The notes below the pieces were generated by a model. It did not search any database. It saw only the letters and a program-made list of their open reading frames with translations, and had not been told where the DNA came from. Shown here piece after piece: positions 17,006 to 18,081 of a DNA stretch of 18,081 nt. Both the position numbers and the translations under genes were made by a program. The DNA comes from Octopus sinensis (lineage: Eukaryota): NCBI RefSeq assembly GCF_006345805.1, contig NW_021824645.1, positions 1-18,081 on the forward strand. The letters are read 5' to 3'. How positions within the stretch are numbered: position 1 is the first letter of the stretch; each line of letters starts with the position of its first letter.

Positions 17006-17448
17006 ATATATATACATATAAACATATATATATATATACTAGCAGTATCGCCCGGCGTTGCTCGGGTTTGTAAGGGAAATAACTATAAAGCATTTTTAGA
17101 GAGTTATAGCCAAAAAAATGGAAAAAAAAAGTTAAAAAGGTCGAGTTGCGTCCCCTAGACAGTCTGTGGTTTGTGTTTCTGATTCTCGACTCCATGTCGA
17201 ATTTATCGATTTTTTTCTGAACTGGGGGAACTTTTCAAAAGTTTCGCTGCGTTAGTTTTGAATTATGACATTGGGCTATGTGTGTGTCAAGTTTCATCAG
17301 AATCGGTTGAAAGCCGTGGTCAGGGTGAGGGTACAACCTGACAGACACACAGAAACACACACAGACAAACTGCCGTTTATATATAGAGAGATATAAGGTA
17401 TATATATATACATATATATATATACATATATATAAACATATATATATA
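16403..17448. repeat. (TA)n-derived minisatellite with a recurring TAAGG...TAC...AAAC unit, interrupted by a Helitron
   Basis: ATAAGGTATATATAT..ACATAT..AAACATAT.. repeats many times and resumes after 17391. Confidence 0.92.
17039..17391 (-). mobile_element. Non-autonomous Helitron (353 bp)
   Basis: Minus strand 5'-TCTCTCTATATATAAACGG...CCCGAGCAACGCCGGG-CGATACTG-CTAG-3', inserted between host A (17392) and T (17038): canonical TC start, subterminal hairpin, CTAG end, AT target and no TSD. Confidence 0.88.
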
Positions 17449-18081
17449 AGAAAAAATTAAGGAGATTAACGACTCGAATAAGATCTTCGTTAATTCTGAC
17501 AAGACAAGGAACTTATATGCACTTGATAAGGACGTTTATAAACGCCTGATTTCGAATAGTGTCACGGACGCATACAAAAAAGACAACACAAATATATACA
17601 AAGAGGTGAACTTAGAAGCAAGAGGAATAGCTAACGATCTTAAGATTAGCGATAGGATTGAATATCTTTCACCACGACCAGCTTTTATTACTCTGAAAGA
17701 CCATAAAGCCAATTTAGTAGAAAACCCAAATGTAGATGATAATCCAGCTAAAACTGAGATACGAATTATTAGCAAAAATATTTTGGACCGTATTTTAGTT
17801 AAGTTAGATAGTGAAGTAGACTTGAGAATTTGGAAGAATAGTAAGTCAGTTATAGAGTGGTTTAAGGTATTAGCTATAAGAATAATTGTAGTTTCACACA
17901 ATTTGACATTATTGACTTTTACCCGTCAATATCTAGGACGTTGCTCCTAAGGGCATTGGACTTCGCCAAGCAGTATGTCAACATCAATAGCTCGGAAATG
18001 ATATTATTATGCATGCGAGGAAATCGCTTCTTTTTTTCGAGGATTCCACCTGGATTAAGAAGACTGAGGATTCTCTTTTCG
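17449..18081 (+). mobile_element. Penelope-like element reverse transcriptase, N-terminal part, frameshifted; continues beyond the window
   Basis: IFVNSDKTRNLY..., RPAFITLKDHKAN...NPAKTEI.IISKNILD, WKNSKSVIEWF; after a frameshift SFTQFDIIDFYPSIS...ALDFAK...IIMHARKSLLF. These motifs are characteristic of Penelope-class RTs. Confidence 0.85.

Noticed and set aside
16335-17195. 286-aa YI-rich ORF and nested ORFs
   Set aside because: Microsatellite artefact spanning the TA array and the Helitron end.

Overview
AT-rich, repeat-dense eukaryotic (animal) genomic DNA. The SINE, RTE, Penelope and (TA)n repeat set looks like a coleoid cephalopod such as Octopus; that assignment is inference from repeat recognition, not a database result. 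The only recognisable host coding sequence is one intact 177-bp thymidylate synthase (TYMS) exon on the minus strand (5033-5209), which the ORF track missed, so most of the window is probably TYMS intron. The main feature is a near full-length CR1-group LINE (~6555-11157, +). Its ORF1 has a Cys-rich PHD-like finger, a poly-Gln tract, a coiled coil and an RRM-like region; its ORF2 has an APE endonuclease and a reverse transcriptase. The two ORFs meet at a correctly phased G-GGA-AAC slippery heptamer, and all frameshifts are 1-2 nt indels. The window also holds a second CR1-type family as a tail-to-tail inverted pair, five RTE copies, tRNA-derived SINEs, a complete non-autonomous Helitron, Penelope-like fragments including a minimal hammerhead motif, and five foldback structures. 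An unexplained cluster of repeated hairpin motifs (A x3, B x2) with compensatory base changes is a candidate structured ncRNA cluster. The many YI-rich ORFs are microsatellite artefacts.
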